Of a DNA stretch of 64,000 bases, positions 48,681 to 63,784 are shown one piece after another. The DNA is from the human T2T-CHM13v2.0 reference genome, Homo sapiens. Position 1 is the stretch's first letter. Every line of letters begins with the position of its first letter. The stretch is taken from the NCBI RefSeq assembly GCF_009914755.1, contig NC_060934.1; one strand, written 5' to 3'. The position numbers and the translations under genes are program-made. The notes under the pieces were generated by a model. It searched no databases and was not told where the DNA came from. It worked only from the letters and a program-made list of their open reading frames with translations.

Positions 48681-49529
48681 GCAAAATTTCAGTTGAAGAG
48701 TAAGTGATAGTAAGATTTACTGAAAAGAGTTTAGTAACTCCATTGGATTATCATTCTCCAGGCTACATAATTTATCATTGCCAACCCAACAGAGGTTGTT
48801 CAAGGGAACAGATAAGAAGGAAATGTCCTTAAAATTAGCCACAGATAAGATTCAGACAAATTGGCCCCTGCCCAGAGTTTCCTCATTAGTTAAATATAAA
48901 TACGCCCATTCAGCTTTCTCCACTGGGACTTTAACCTCTTCTTGTAATAAAGTAAAATAAATTTCTCTAGGTTGAGTTCCTAGTAATATCATAATAGGCC
49001 CCTGTGTTCAATCATTAAATCTAAGTCAGTTGGTCACGACCCAGCCCCATTTGTTTCAGATTATAATTATGTTTGCCAGGTTAAGTTTATTCATAAATCT
49101 TCCCAGGTGTCCAAAGGACTACATTATGCTCGTAAACTTGTTAAGAATTGGAATGCAAATTTAAGCTTAGCATCATTTTAGATTATATTTTCATTTATTC
49201 TATTTAACATTGTGCACTGCAGAGCTGGCAATAAGGCAAATCTATCTTTCATAATTCTAACTAAATCATTGTGTTTTACCAAATTGCTCTCTAGCTGACA
49301 TTTCTTTGTTCGCTAATGGGAGATAACATAAATTTTTCTGAAGTAAAAATTATTCTATGGCAATAAACTTTTCAGAGACATTGTTATCTCTATTTTTTCA
49401 AAATTATAAATGTAAACAAATCTGTAATGCTCTATAACTGGAGTCCATTGAACTATCTAACCAATGTTTATCACCTACAAATAAAATCTGTTGTAAAAAA
49501 TTTGTGACAAGACCAAAATGCACAAATTT

Positions 49530-50780
49530 TAACTTTTTTGAAGTATAATTGACATACAATAAATGCGCATACTTTAGGTATACAATTTGATGCACTTTGA
49601 CATATGTATATATATCCCATTAAACCATCAACACAATCAAAATGGTGAACATATCCATCAGTCACAGTAGTTTCCTCATTATCCTTTGTCATGCATCCCT
49701 CCTACTCTTCTCCTCACCTTCCCACTGCTATCTCATCCCCAGAGGACCACTTATTTGCTTTCTGTCACTATAAATGTGTAATTTGAATTATATAAACTAA
49801 ATCAGTAGGTACTCTTTTTGCCTGTTTTCTTTCACTCAGCATAATTATTTTGGGATTATGCTATACATGTTGTTATGTATAGCAATAGTTCATTGCTTGT
49901 ATTGTTGAGCCCATTTTACAGATACTTCACAGTTTATCCAGTCACCTGTTGATGAATATTTGGGTTGTTTTTAGTTTGGGCTATTAAAAAATGCTGTGAA
50001 CATTTGTTACAAGTCTTAATATGGTCATATGCTTTTTTTCCGCTTGTGTAAATAGGAGGAGTAGAGTGGCTGGATCATATGGTTCATGGGTGGTGAATTG
50101 TTCAAGAAAGTGCCCAACTCTTTCTCAAAGTGGTTGTACCATTTTACAATCTCATCAGCAGTGTATGAGAGTTACATTACATCCACATGCTTGTCAATAC
50201 TTGGTATAATCATTCTTTTTCAGTTTAATCATCCTAATAGAAGTGTAGTGGTAATTCATTGTGCTTTGAGTTGGTATTTTCCTAACAACAATGATGTTGA
50301 GCATCTTTTTAAGTGCACAGTTATTATCTGTATATCTTTACTGGGTTGTTTGCTTCCTATTACATTTTGAAAGTTACTTATATATTCTATATATATAAAT
50401 ACTTTATCAGATATATGCATTTTAAATATTTTACACCAGTCTGTGGCTTTCCTTTTCATTTGTCTAATAGTGCCTTTTGAAGAGCAAAAGTTTTTAATTT
50501 TGATGAAGTTCAGTTTTTATGAATTGTGCTTTTGGTGTTATCTTGAAGAAATATTTGCCTAACTTGGAATCACAACAGTTGTCTCCTATGTTTCCTTCAA
50601 GAAGGTTTATAGTTTTCAATTTTACATTTAAATTTATGATTCATTTTGACTTAATTTTGGTATATAATGTGATATGTGGATTCAAGTTCACCCTTTTTCT
50701 GCATATAAATTTTAAATTATTCCAGCTCCATTTGTTGAAGACTATTATTTCTCCATTGAAGTCTATGAATAATTGTCTAA
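49530..50780 (-). mobile_element. Old L1 (L1MB/L1MC-type) 3' portion
   Basis: gaagtataattgacatacaataaa 3' end followed by antisense ORF2 motifs. Confidence 0.85.
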
Positions 50781-51489
50781 ATCTTGGTTTTATACAGTTT
50801 TTCATGTTTTTGAACTTTGGTTACATCTAAAACCTCAAATCAAATTATTCTCACCCATAATTACTTCTGAATCACTAGATAATAGAGAAATGTTTTTAAA
50901 AATAGGGACGTCTCCATGGGGATTATATATATTTAATTCTGCAATAACTATTAAGTAAAGATTCAAAATTCTTTAATCATATTTCAGAACAATAGTACTA
51001 TACACTTTAGCACAAGTCAACTGTGCCCTTTTGATTTTGATCCCAAGTAGATCATCTGAAAGACTTCACCTACATATGGCCAAATGGCTACCTTCTCACA
51101 CAGGATGTCATTTAGTTAACTCTCAGTAATCCAAGTAGGTCACTGCACAATTGATTTGTATGCAGCACATTTAGATAGACTGAATCAATTTGCCAGTCCC
51201 ATTATGCTTGTCCATTTTCCAACTGCAATAGCTCATACAATGTGTACATAATTAAAAATTGAGGAATAGTAGTTTGGAACACTTTTTTCCAAAAGTTTAC
51301 ATTTTTCAATAGAATAAATACATGAGCTACTTTAGATATTCTCAGCTAAACAAAGTCTTGACTAAAAGTGTATAACAAATGACCAACCCGACTTTCTGTT
51401 TTGGGGGAGAAAACCCTATCTTTTGACATGTAGAGGGAGTAACAACAAATATACTGACCATATGCACAACTATATGCGATGGATCCAAT

Positions 51490-51640
51490 TATTATCCCCA
51501 TACTATAGAAGTGAAAACTAAGGCTCAGAGAGGTTAAGTAACTTGCTTGAAGTCACATAGCAGTAATTGGCAGAGCTGGAATTTGGATCCAGACAGTGAC
51601 TTCAGAGCCCATGCCCTTCTCACCCCCTAGGCTGTATTGC
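51490..51640 (-). mobile_element. MIR SINE
   Basis: aaactaaggctcagagaggttaagtaacttgc core. Confidence 0.85.
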
Positions 51641-52156
51641 CTCTTCTTACTTTTGCCTCCTGCTTGTACTCTTCCTCTTGCTAAATTCAAGCATCACTCT
51701 GGTTTCCAAAGAGCCTTTTAACCACTGCTATCCCTTTCTTAAAGTGGCCTTTTGCACACAGGATGGAGTGAGGATGGACCAGAAAATATTTGAGTTGAGA
51801 AGAAATGAGCTCAGTGATCAAAGATGATTTTTATAAATTAAAAAGCTAATAAAAAGAGAGATTTCAAAGAGTTGAAATGGTGAAAGTGTAGGGAAGTCAA
51901 AAATAGAAGTTTGATTATTAGTTTCTCCAAAGGGAAAACACTAGCTCTTTGGATTTGAAAGAAAATAAAATGGACAATTTAGTCATCTATTTGAGATCAC
52001 TGAGATGGCCCAGTAAGCAATATGAATTTCTAATTATACCAAGTACTGATAAATAATGCTTTAAATATATTTCTGAAATTCTACAAATGGCAGTTTAAAT
52101 GATAGTGCCAGGATAGAGGATTTTCAGTGGGGTACAACTACAGTCTATCAGCTTTG

Positions 52157-52583
52157 CAGTGGTGTGCTGATAAAGATTTAACAACTGGCCAGGGTTTGGG
52201 AGATCCCTAATTTTAGCATTAGCTAACCAATTTCTGTGGAATAAATACTCCCACTATGGCCAGTTTCAAGCTACCAACTTGATGTTGCTGAACACAGAGT
52301 TTGGAAGAGATGTGTAACAGCACACAAAATACGGTATTTTCTCCATACAGATAAGATTAATATGAATAACCTTAAAAGCACAGATAATAATAAAATATAG
52401 TAAAAATAATTAGAAAATAATGCGTTTTGAGTATTTATAGCCTTTGTTTATATAGTATTTATCTCTGTGTTTATATAGTTTAATTTTTAATAATGGCTAT
52501 GTTTAGTAACCAGCTTGCAAAATTACTGAAAATTTAACAATTGGGTCTTGCAAACTGAAATGAGCAAACCTGAACATTCCACT
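52157..52583. mobile_element. MER63-like hAT DNA transposon relic
   Basis: cagtggtgtgctg terminus; aaatactcccactatggccagtttcaagctacc. Confidence 0.7.
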
Positions 52584-52924
52584 TCTACCCAAAAATGTTT
52601 AAATGAATTTGCAGACATAATGTCAAAAAAATTAAAGTCCACAAAATTTCTCAGACCTGACATTAAGTAGCTAATTACTGTGGAGGTAGGACACATCTCC
52701 CAGTTGTCTTACCCTGAATCCCAAAAGTAAATTCCATATTCTAATAAATCACTAAGAACATAGAAGAGGCTGTTTGGTAGAAAACTATTTTCCAGACTTG
52801 CCTGTATTGAAATAACTCAGCATTAAGAAATTCTACGGCCACTAAAGAAAGAACTAAAGATTCATTATCACAGACTAAATATCTAGCTGATAACACACCA
52901 TTGATTCTAAAAGAGAAGAAATGT

Positions 52925-53172
52925 AGCACAGTATTGGAAACTATCAACATTAGATTTAAACAACATGGTTTTGAATACTGGCTCTTGCACTTATCATCTG
53001 TGTGGACTTGAGCAAGTAAGAGCTTTATGCCTTTTTTTCTCATTGGTAAAATGGGAATCAAAATAGTATCTACTTAAAGGATTATTGTCAGGATGAAATA
53101 AGGTAATACATATAGGTGCTGAGAATAGTTCCTTCACATAGTAAGTGCTCATTAAGTAATTGCCTACTGTTA
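52925..53172 (+). mobile_element. MIR SINE
   Basis: ttgagcaagt...ctcattggtaaaatgggaat...atagtaagtgctca. Confidence 0.8.
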
Positions 53173-53269
53173 AGAATAGAAAATATATTCTTTTAGTATT
53201 TTTTTCTACTTCTTTTTTTTTTTACTAGTAGTCTAGTCCCACACCTTTCTCTATTGTCTTACAGCAGTA

Positions 53270-53540
53270 ACAACAGTGGCCATTTATTGAGCACCTGTTT
53301 GCTAAGCATTTGTGTGTGTGTGTGTTTGTGTGTGTGTGAGAGAGAGAGAGTGTGGCTGCTCTTAATTACAACCAAACTTTAAAAAGACACATATTGCCCC
53401 TTCTTTACAGGTGAGAAAAATAAGGTTTAGTGAGGTAACATGAATTTCATAGCTGACACAGCTAGTTAGTACAGATAACATTTAAACCCAATTCTCTCTG
53501 CCTCCAAAGCTTAAATGTACCTTTTTAATATTTAACACTG
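53270..53540 (-). mobile_element. MIR with embedded (TG)n(AG)n microsatellite (53311-53352)
   Basis: catttattgagcacc...tttacaggtgagaaaaataagg. Confidence 0.7.
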
Positions 53541-53689
53541 CTTCTCCATGATTGTCCATCATTTGATGATCTTCATCACAATCTATTTATTGAAACATTC
53601 TTTTTACAGTTTCTGTGACACTTAATTTCTTCTGATTTATTCCTCCACTATCAACCCTATCTCATTGAGTCCTAGCCGCACATTATAAA

Positions 53690-53917
53690 CCATATTCTTT
53701 GGGCATTCTCTCTGTGTGGGTGTCTGTATCTGTGTCCAAATTTTCCCTTTTTATAAAGATACCGATCATACTGGACTAGGGCCCATTCTAATGACCTCAT
53801 CTTAACTTGACTATATCTGCAAAGACCTTATTGCCAAATGAGGCCATCCTTTTAAGATACCTGGGGTTATTACTTCATGTGAATTTGTAGGAGACACAAT
53901 TCACCTCTTAACTCCTA
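53690..53917 (-). mobile_element. MLT1 MaLR LTR fragment
   Basis: ctaatgacctcatcttaacttga...tctgcaaagacc. Confidence 0.75.
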
Positions 53918-54957
53918 CACTTACTTTCTCACAATGAGAAATTTCTGTTTTGTTTTTTGTGTTCTACCTAGTAGATTTATTTCTCAATCTACTTGAAGAA
54001 TGAACAGTTTCTGAGTCATATTATCTTTCCTCCAACCAGTATTTTTTTTTCTGGGCTTTCATGGTAAAAATCCATAGATTTTCCAAAAAGTAAAACTTCC
54101 AATTATTATTTACATTCTAATTCTTCCAAAGGGAATTTGCAGTTATTTACAAAATATGCAGCACAAAAGACAAACAAGATATATAAAATAATAAATGTGA
54201 TGATAAAATAAGTATATAAATATAAATCTAGAAACTTCTGTTTATTATACATGCCAAGTATACTGCATAGTAACTACATGTGAGTTGCAAATATGGGTTA
54301 AAATAATTTAATAGTTTTAAGAACTTTCATGATTATAAAAGTGACATATGTTTATTGCAAAAATTTGAAAAATACAAAGAAGGCATTAATAGTATGGCAT
54401 GTATCATCTATGTTATAACTGTATCAATCGGCTGTGTTATATCAATAGATAAACTGATTTTTTTAAATTTGGAAGTTAATATTACATACAATTTTGTAGG
54501 CTGCCTTTTTCATTTGTTATATTGTGAACATTATCCCATCATTCCATAGTTTATAAATATCATAATTTATTTAACTCATGTGATTTAAATTTTATTACAA
54601 ATGAGTAGTTAAGGGCATTGTGATCTTTTTTAGGTTTGACTAAAAGACTATAAAATCAGGAACTAGATGTTAAAACTCACTTTTACCCAAACAGAATAGG
54701 CAAAGTTGGTTATAATTTAGCAAGACTGCACTGAAAAATATAAATCACCAAAGACAGAGTTTCAATAGAATCTCATACAGCAAAAGGGCACCAATAAAAT
54801 TTGAAAGACTCTCACTCTATTTAATTTGACAATAGCTTTCAGGACTATGTTGACCATAGTTACTCAGGTATTATGTTCAATAATTCCTTTTTCACTTTAA
54901 TTATTCCATTTTACTATTAGAACTGTTTCTTATGAACAAGGTATTGCCTACTATTAT

Positions 54958-55752
<795 letters not shown>

Positions 55753-57429
55753 ATTTCCATTTTTCAGTCAAAAGCTCAGCTCTCCAAATCTTGGTATTTA
55801 TAAGACTGTTTTTTCCTTCTTTGGTTTAATATTTTGTTTAGTTTTTTATAGGCTTTTTAAAAGAGCAGTATTTTAAAGGTTCTCTTTACCCCTGTGTGTA
55901 CATTTATCCAGTCTACACTTACCGAGTACCTATTATGTGAGACAACATGTTACATGCTAACCTAGCTTTGGTTTTGATTTTCATCTCTCCTATTTTCTCT
56001 CAAGAATTACTAGAGATGCAATATGATAGTTTTTCCTTGATATCTTCTAAAGTGTCTGAGTTTGTAGTTTTTTCTTCATTCATTTCGTCCGTAAATTTGA
56101 TCTAATTAAATTAGATCTTTTTAAAAAATGCATATTCTTCTTGGTCTTTCATTGCTTACTATTTCATGCTTTACCAAGAATCAATCATGCTAGCATAATA
56201 AACCACCATGAAGAAATAAACACCTGTTTTCTAATACTATCTGCGTAGGCAGTTTTCACTTTTGTATCCTGTTTTTGTGCCAAAGTCACAACCTTCAAGT
56301 TGAAATCTAAATCCATCTGTGTTCCCCCTTAGTCTTCCAGTTTCTCTCCCAAAACTCCGAGTCATTAAAACTATGTTTGAGGTCTCTTCTGGCTCTCTCA
56401 TTCCTCCTATGTAAATCTGTCTCCATGGAGGAGTTGGTACTTTTAATGTACCTGGGCAACCTTGCTGATGTATCTTAGGTGCTCACTCCAGGAAGGAAGC
56501 ACACATTCCAAATGGCAATTCGATTTCAGGCTATACGTGTCTAAGACCACACTCCACTTCTCATTAAGGAGCCACATAGTACCCTATTTTTCTCTTCCTA
56601 CATAAAGTGGTAACTTCATGGCAAACACCAAGGATACCATCGTCTCCTTGTCTTAGTCTCTGAAGAAATATTGAGTCATCTTCAGAATGGACAGATTCAC
56701 AATTTAATATAGAATTTTTCCTCCTCTTTCTACTCTAGGACAGGTCCTACTTCATGTTAACCTCTTAGTGCTGGTTTTGATTGCCTTTTATCTCCTTTTT
56801 TCTGACTTGTGTCTGATTTTGGGGGTATTATCCAAGAAGCCTTTATCCTGACACATTAACCAGAGTGTTGACAGACATTTCTCAATTCCTTCAGTTTATC
56901 CCCTAGCAATAAAGCTAGCTGGCATAAATATTTTGAATAGGAAAGCAAAAACGTAATATCCCTGCTAACAATTAAAACAGATTCCTCAAATTTATACCTA
57001 TGAGTTTCAAGCTGAAATTCAGGTTCTTCCTGGAAGTTATTAGAGGAATGATTTGATGGGCTTGTTTTCTGGAGGTTAAAGATACTCCTTACAAAACATA
57101 GCCTTAACATTGTCTGGTCACTCTGCTTCGCTCCCAAAGAATCTGTTAGCATTAAAAAATAATTAAGTGGTTTAGCTAATTTTACCAGAATATCAAGTTC
57201 ATTTTTTTCTAAGTAAAGAAATAGCTATATCACATGATACTTACTATTTAATGAATACTTACTGTGTGCCAGCAGCTTTAATTTATTTATCAAATTCTAG
57301 TATAGGTAGCTCTTAAATATATGCTATAAGTAGAAAATATACAATTCTAAGTTCTTTGAAATATTAAAATGGTATAGCTGGGAATCAACCCCAAGCAGTC
57401 TGATTCCAGATCTGTGTTCTTAATCTGAT

Positions 57430-57465
<36 letters not shown>

Positions 57466-57625
57466 CAGAGAGAGAGTGTGTATATATACATATAATCTGA
57501 TTATATATAAATATATATTAAATATATACACACATTATATATATACATAATAATTTGTATATATTGTAGAAATTATGTATATACCCATACATACCAATTT
57601 GTATATATTTATTTTATATACATAC
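57430..57625. repeat. (TA)n(GA)n compound microsatellite and TA-rich tract between MIR fragments
   Basis: Direct reading; taatctgattatatata is duplicated at 57421 and 57493. Confidence 0.9.
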
Positions 57626-57859
57626 ATACTTAATTTGTATAATAACTCTGCAAGTGAGTTATCTACAATTTAAAAATTACAAAAGTTAGGAAGAGAGAAG
57701 TTAAATAAATTTCTCAAGGTCATCACCCATAAGTGGTAGATCTTGTGTTCAAACCCAGGCTTGACTGACTCTAAAGTTTCTTAACTTTTCACAAACCTCA
57801 TTGCCTATTGTATAAATTCTCTTCACCCTAATTAAATTTTCCCAAATAATACCATCATT

Positions 57860-58380
57860 GTATCAGTTATCTATTGACAAAATAATCTTACATAACAAAC
57901 AACCACAAAACTTCAATGAATATAATTTTAAAAATGCATTTACCTCACATGTGTAGCACACTCTATATAGGCTGGGCTTGGATGACTTTACCTGGGCTTG
58001 GTCATGCATCTGCACTCAGCAGTAGGTCAGATAGATAGAACTACTGATCCTGACTGTGCTCACTCACGTGTCTTAGAATTTGTTTGCTGTCAACTGATTT
58101 AAGCTGGTATTAGTTGCAACGATAGGGGCAACTTGGCTCTGCTTGCCCAGGTGTGTTTTCATAGTAACGGCAAAAGTCAAAAGAAAGAGTAAAAATATGG
58201 AAGGTCTCTTTCAACCTTCCACTTGTGTTATGTCTGCTAACATCCCACTGGTCAAAGCAAATCACTTAGCCGGGTCCAGGAAATCAGTGGGAGTATACTA
58301 CAAACTTAAATGCCACAGAATGTGGATATATGAGGTGTAAAGAATTGGTGTCACTAATGCAATCAATGTATTGCATCCAT
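57860..58380 (-). mobile_element. MLT1-type MaLR LTR
   Basis: tgtatcagttatctattg start; tgctaacatcccactggtcaaagcaaatcac. Confidence 0.72.
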
Positions 58381-58419
58381 CATCATTGGGACAAAGTAAC
58401 AAAGTCACAGAATTATAAA

Positions 58420-58590
58420 TTCAGCAGTATATCAGAACTGGTTACTAAATTCTCAGAGATTTTTTTGAGCCAGTCGTTAAACCATTGGTAGCTTAAAATC
58501 AGCTCATCGTGGGAATATTTAAACAATAAAAACTGGCAAACACTACAAATCAGGGGTTTTTTAGAGTCAATTTACTGGTACAACACCATA
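58420..58590. mobile_element. MER63-like hAT relic, opposite orientation to the 52157 copy
   Basis: ttggtagcttaaaatcagc...gtgggaatatttaaac. Confidence 0.6.
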
Positions 58591-59519
58591 TGCATTTCAA
58601 AACTTTCAGTCTAATGCTTCTCCTATGTATAGAAAATTCCAAGTGACTGTGTGATCAAATTACATTTCCACTTTTCATCAAAGAAAATAATATAGGCATA
58701 ATGATCAGGTTGCTGTTTTGCTTTCTTTTCCTTAGTTACCTTCTATATATTCAAATAGACCAAAATTAATTGTTCTAAACATAGATCATTTCATGAGCAG
58801 GTTCAGTAAGAACAGTAACTGAGTAAACATCATCAAGGAAATTACTTATGAGTCTAAAGATTCCAGTTTGCTATTTTTAAGGGTGTTTTAATTCTCATTC
58901 ATTCCGTGTTTTCAGTAAATCTGCTGTAGATAATCCCAAGGGCAACAGTAGGGTACAGTGTACTTGAATTTTTTTCAGTAGACAGTTGAAGCTGTTAAGT
59001 TAGACTGACCTATAATAATAGCTCATATGGGGAGTTCCTTCTATCACTCAAAAGATTTGAGCATAAGTGTATCTTTGCTTTGTGAAAAAGAAGATATAAA
59101 TTTATTATATTTCAAATCGAAGTAAATGTATTTCACATAACCCGGAGTCTGATGAAGCTGGAGATGCAAAATATGTGACTCTTTATAACCTTTCAGCCAA
59201 TTCCCCAAGTCTCTAGTCTCACATCACTGTCACCATAAAACAAAATTACCAATAGGTCATGATTCTAGAAACTATGTAGCACTGGAAAGAGTTGAAAATG
59301 ACTATGTACTGGTGTTTATCTTTCCTCAGTGGGTAAGGAAAGTATAAAGTGATTCTTTTTTGTGAAAATTTTAACTATAGTAGTAAGCTGTGAAATTATA
59401 TTTCTTTCTTATTAAATGAAGACACTGAATTTGAATATATACATACACATTCTTTCTCCTTCGCATATGTAGAAATTATTTCGGTTATTTTGTAAAATGT
59501 AAAGGGAAAGACTATCCCC

Positions 59520-59715
59520 AAAGCCACACTGTTTCCATTCAAATCCAAGCTCTGTCACTTTGAGCAAGTATTGAAACTCTGTATGCTCATTTTCCTCATC
59601 TGTAAAATGTGGATTAAAATAGCGTCTACTTCATAGGATTGTTAAGAGAGTTAACACATGTAAAGTATCTAGAACAAATGCCTGTTCATTCTCAATAAAT
59701 GTTGCCTGTCATTTC
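59520..59715 (+). mobile_element. MIR SINE
   Basis: tttcctcatctgtaaaatg...ctcaataaatgttg. Confidence 0.85.
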
Positions 59716-60459
59716 ATGATACCCAAGCCATTTCCATTCAAGTCAGTTTTAAAAAATTAATCAGTTTATTCAGAAAGTTTAATCATAGTAATTGTCATTT
59801 TTTTAAGATACTACTTTCTCAACAATTTGTGTGTCTTATTGGTACAGTTAAGGAGTGTGTAGACAAAGTCTGAGGAGGGTCTGGACCAGTTTTATAGATT
59901 CTGTCTGACACTGACGTAACACATGATTTTCCAAACAGATTTGCAAGTAGCATCATTAGTCCATACCTATTTTGGTCTACCTCCAAGCACTGTCCAGGCT
60001 CAAGGTTAAAAAAAAGTCATTTCATTCAATTTTGAAAGCCATGTATTTTAATCTATACAGAATCATAGGTTAAAAGGATCTAAGGAAAATACATATTTGT
60101 GTCACCTACATCTGTCATAACATGTATGTTATGATTAAAATATATATGTTGTGATTATAATACATATTATGTTATAATCAGCATATGATAGAATAGACCT
60201 AAGTGTACTTAATAATTACCTTTGTTCAGGTATTTTTTAACTAGAAAAAGTCATTAATGTGTTAGAAGTGTTAGAAATATTTATTTGTATTTTTATCTTT
60301 TAATAATTATAACTTCACACTAAAATCAAAGAAAAAGTATGAATTATGTCTCAATGTTATATATCTAGCAAAAGTCCAGAAGTCATAATGGAAAAAGAGA
60401 AGAGTGAATGGTTCTGATGATAATATATTAATTACTATAAAAGATGATTTTACAATTTT

Positions 60460-60637
60460 AGCTGGGTATAGTAGAGCACACCTGTAGTCCCAGCTACTCA
60501 GGAGGCTAAGGCAGAAGGATCACTTGAGCCCAGGAGTTCAAGGTTGTAGTGCATTATGATCATGCCTGCAAACTGCACTCCAGCTTGCACAATATAGCGA
60601 GAACTCATTTCTAAAAAAAAAAAAAAAAAAAAAAAAA
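60460..60637 (+). mobile_element. Free Alu monomer (FAM/FRAM-like)
   Basis: Single monomer with ggatcacttgagcccaggagtt and tatgatcatgcctg; A25 tail; TSD aagatgattttacaatttt / aagaggactttacaatttt. Confidence 0.85.
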
Positions 60638-62492
60638 TGGAAGAGGACTTTACAATTTTATAATGTACCAAGATACAAAGATTGTTTTATATTTTGTACA
60701 CATGGAGCTTAATTATACTGAACAATTGGAAATTTAAGCTGCACATACAAATACATGCATAGCTCAATAATGAAAACCCACTAAGGTAAAAACTGGCAAT
60801 TGAAAAGTTATATAAAGTCATTTCGTTATACAGTGCTTGTATGCAGAGCAAAATAGGTATGGAGTAATGATGCTACTTGCAAATCTGTTTGGGACCTGTG
60901 TTGTGTCAATGTTGGGCAGCTTCTGTAAAACAGGTCCAGTTTGTTTCTCCAGGCTTTATTTGAAGACATGGGCAGAGAAGACAATTATTGAGGTTATACC
61001 ATGAACATTGCTTGGTTTTAATTATTAAAAATATAATTATTGTAATTATAGGAAACTAAGTCTCATACACTTTTGATATGATAGTCACAGAATATACTGT
61101 AAGGAAGTTTTATTAAATAACTAATTTTAATTAGTTAAAAATTGAAATTGGTGGTATGATAGATAACCATTCAAAATCAAAAGAGCTGAATCAACATCCA
61201 GAAGCCTAGATTTTCAAACAATACTGCTAGACCAACCTGAATGATTCTTATATTTACATAAAATAAGAAAGACTCTGAATTTCAGTCTTTAAAATACTAT
61301 GGAGGTATTTATAGTACACATATGTACTTTCATTAAATTAAATGAAATTAAAGTTATCTGGTATCATATTCATTATTGCTAAATGGCCATTGCATATAGA
61401 ATACTCATTCTCCTTGCCCACTGAAAAAACCCAATCTTTGTCTGATATATCTACATAAAAAGGAAAAAAAAGTATTTTTAGGGGTAAGATGAATGCTGTT
61501 GAGGATCCATCTACAGATTAAAATGGTTTACTCAGCAGCACGTTCAGTACAATGTAGAGCCTAGAAAGGTAACCTGATGGCACTTTAGTTTATTAGACTT
61601 GCAGCGCTCAGAACAAGTGTTTTATTCACATACATTTCCTTTAGCTGAAATTAATCTCGCCTTTCTTAGTGCTTGCACAGCACATGGCTTTCTTCCTCTC
61701 CTACAGCATTTGTTACATTTTCCTTATTCTAAGCTTTTTGTGCAAAAAAGGTGAAGCATCAATATTTACGAATATCTTGATAAAAATGCTTATGTTTTTC
61801 TATTTATTTCCCCCCCCTTCCCATTTACTCTTCTCCTCTAAATCAATACTGTAAAGCACATGTTTACTACATAGAATGCCAAGTTTAGCTCAATTGGTAC
61901 CATTAAAAAACAAACAAACAATATGGAAAATAGAAGAGTGACGTAGAATAAAGGAAGAATGTCATATTATATATATATTTTGTCTAGATACTAGTAGGCA
62001 AGAAAACTGTCAACGTCTTTCTTTCTGACCAAAAAAGGTTTGGAGTGTGTACCATATCATAAAAAGCAGAGGCTAATAGCCCCTCAATGGCAGTAGACTG
62101 TTATCCTTCCATGGGTAAATTCATTCTCAGAAGAAAGTCTTATATTTTTTCTGTGCCCTAGTACTTAATGCCTTACACGTAAAAAGCATTAATCTTTGTT
62201 AGAGTGCATTAATCAAACCAATAGAGTTTAAATTTGTTAATTCTAGTCTTTAAGTCAATAATGCTGCATAGCAAACTGCAGACTATCTGTGGGCCACAAC
62301 TATCCAAGTAAAGAAAAATTTTTCAGTTGATTTAGCTTTAGCTGTCTTCTTTGTAGCCTGTGGAGTACAAGGAGGGCAGATATATTTTGTCAAGGGGCCT
62401 AGGGTGAAACTGAAAACTCTAAATTACCTTATAATTCAGACATAAAAACAATTCCACAAGTTTACCCTTTCAAATCATTTGGGAGCCATTAT

Positions 62493-63784
62493 CTTTTAAA
62501 ATTTATTTTAGATTTGGAGGTACATGAGCTTGTTTGTTACGTGGGTATTACATGTATAACAGTGGGGGTTGGGCTTCCAGTGCACCCATCACCCAAATAT
62601 TGGACATTGTACCCAGTAGGTAATTTTTCAACCCTCATTCCACCCCCTTTGGAGTCCCCAGAGTCTGTTTTCTCCATCTTTTTGTCCATTGTTTAGCTCC
62701 CACTTATAAGTGAGACCATGTGATATTTTATTTTTTGCCTCTGTGTTAGTTCATTTAGGATAATGGCCTCCGGCTCCATCCATGTTGCTGCAGAGGACAT
62801 TATTTCATTCTTTTTTATGACTATTTAGTATTCTATGGTGTGTATATACCACATTTTCTTTATCCAAACAACTATTGGTTAACCTTTAAGTTGGCTCCAT
62901 GACTTTGCTAATGTAAATAGTGCTGCAATGAATATGTGAGTGCAGGTATACTTTTTACATGATTTCTTTTCCTTTGCATGGTTATCTAGTAGTGGGATTG
63001 CTGGGTTGATTGGTGGTTCTCTTTGTAGTTCTTTGAGATATCTCCATACTGTTTCTCATAGAGATTGAGCTAATTTAAATTCCCACAAACAATACATGAG
63101 CATTCTCTTTATCCATGTCAACATCTGTTGTTGTTGTCTTTTTTTTTTACTTTTTAATAAATACCATTTTGACTAATTTGAGATGATAGTTCAGTGTGGT
63201 TTTAATTTGCATTTTTCTGATAATTAGTGATGTTGAGCATTTTTTCATGTGTTGGCTGCTTGTATTTCTTCTTTTGAGAAATGTCTGTTCATGTACTTGG
63301 CCTAGTTTTCAATGGAGTTATTTTTTTCTTGTTGAGTTGTTTGAATTCCTTGTAGATTTTGGATATTAATATTTTGTTGGGGGCATAATTTGTAAACATT
63401 TTCTCCCATCCTGTAGGTTGTCTGTTTATTCCGTTGTTTCCTTTACTGTGGAGAAACTTTTTAGTTCAATTAAGTCCTATTTGTCTGTTTTTAATTTTTC
63501 TGCATTTGTTTTTGGGGTCTTTGTCATAAATACTTTTCCTAGGCTGATGTCCAAAAGAGTTTTCCCAAGTTTTCTTCTGGCATTTTTATAGTTCCAGGTC
63601 TTACACTTAGGTCTTTAATCCATGTTGAGTTAATTTTTGTATATGGTGAAAGATAGGGGTTCAGTTTCATTTTTCTGCCTATGGCTAGCCAGTTTTCCCA
63701 GTACCATTTATGGAATACGATGTCTTTTCTCCATTGTTTACTTTCGTCAGTTTTATTGAAGATCAGTTTGCTGTAGGTATGTGG
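62493..63784 (-). mobile_element. L1PB-type LINE, 5'-truncated (~1.3 kb)
   Basis: L1PB 3'UTR plus ORF2 end; perfect 13-bp TSD tgggagccattat (62480-62492, 63785-63797). Confidence 0.92.
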
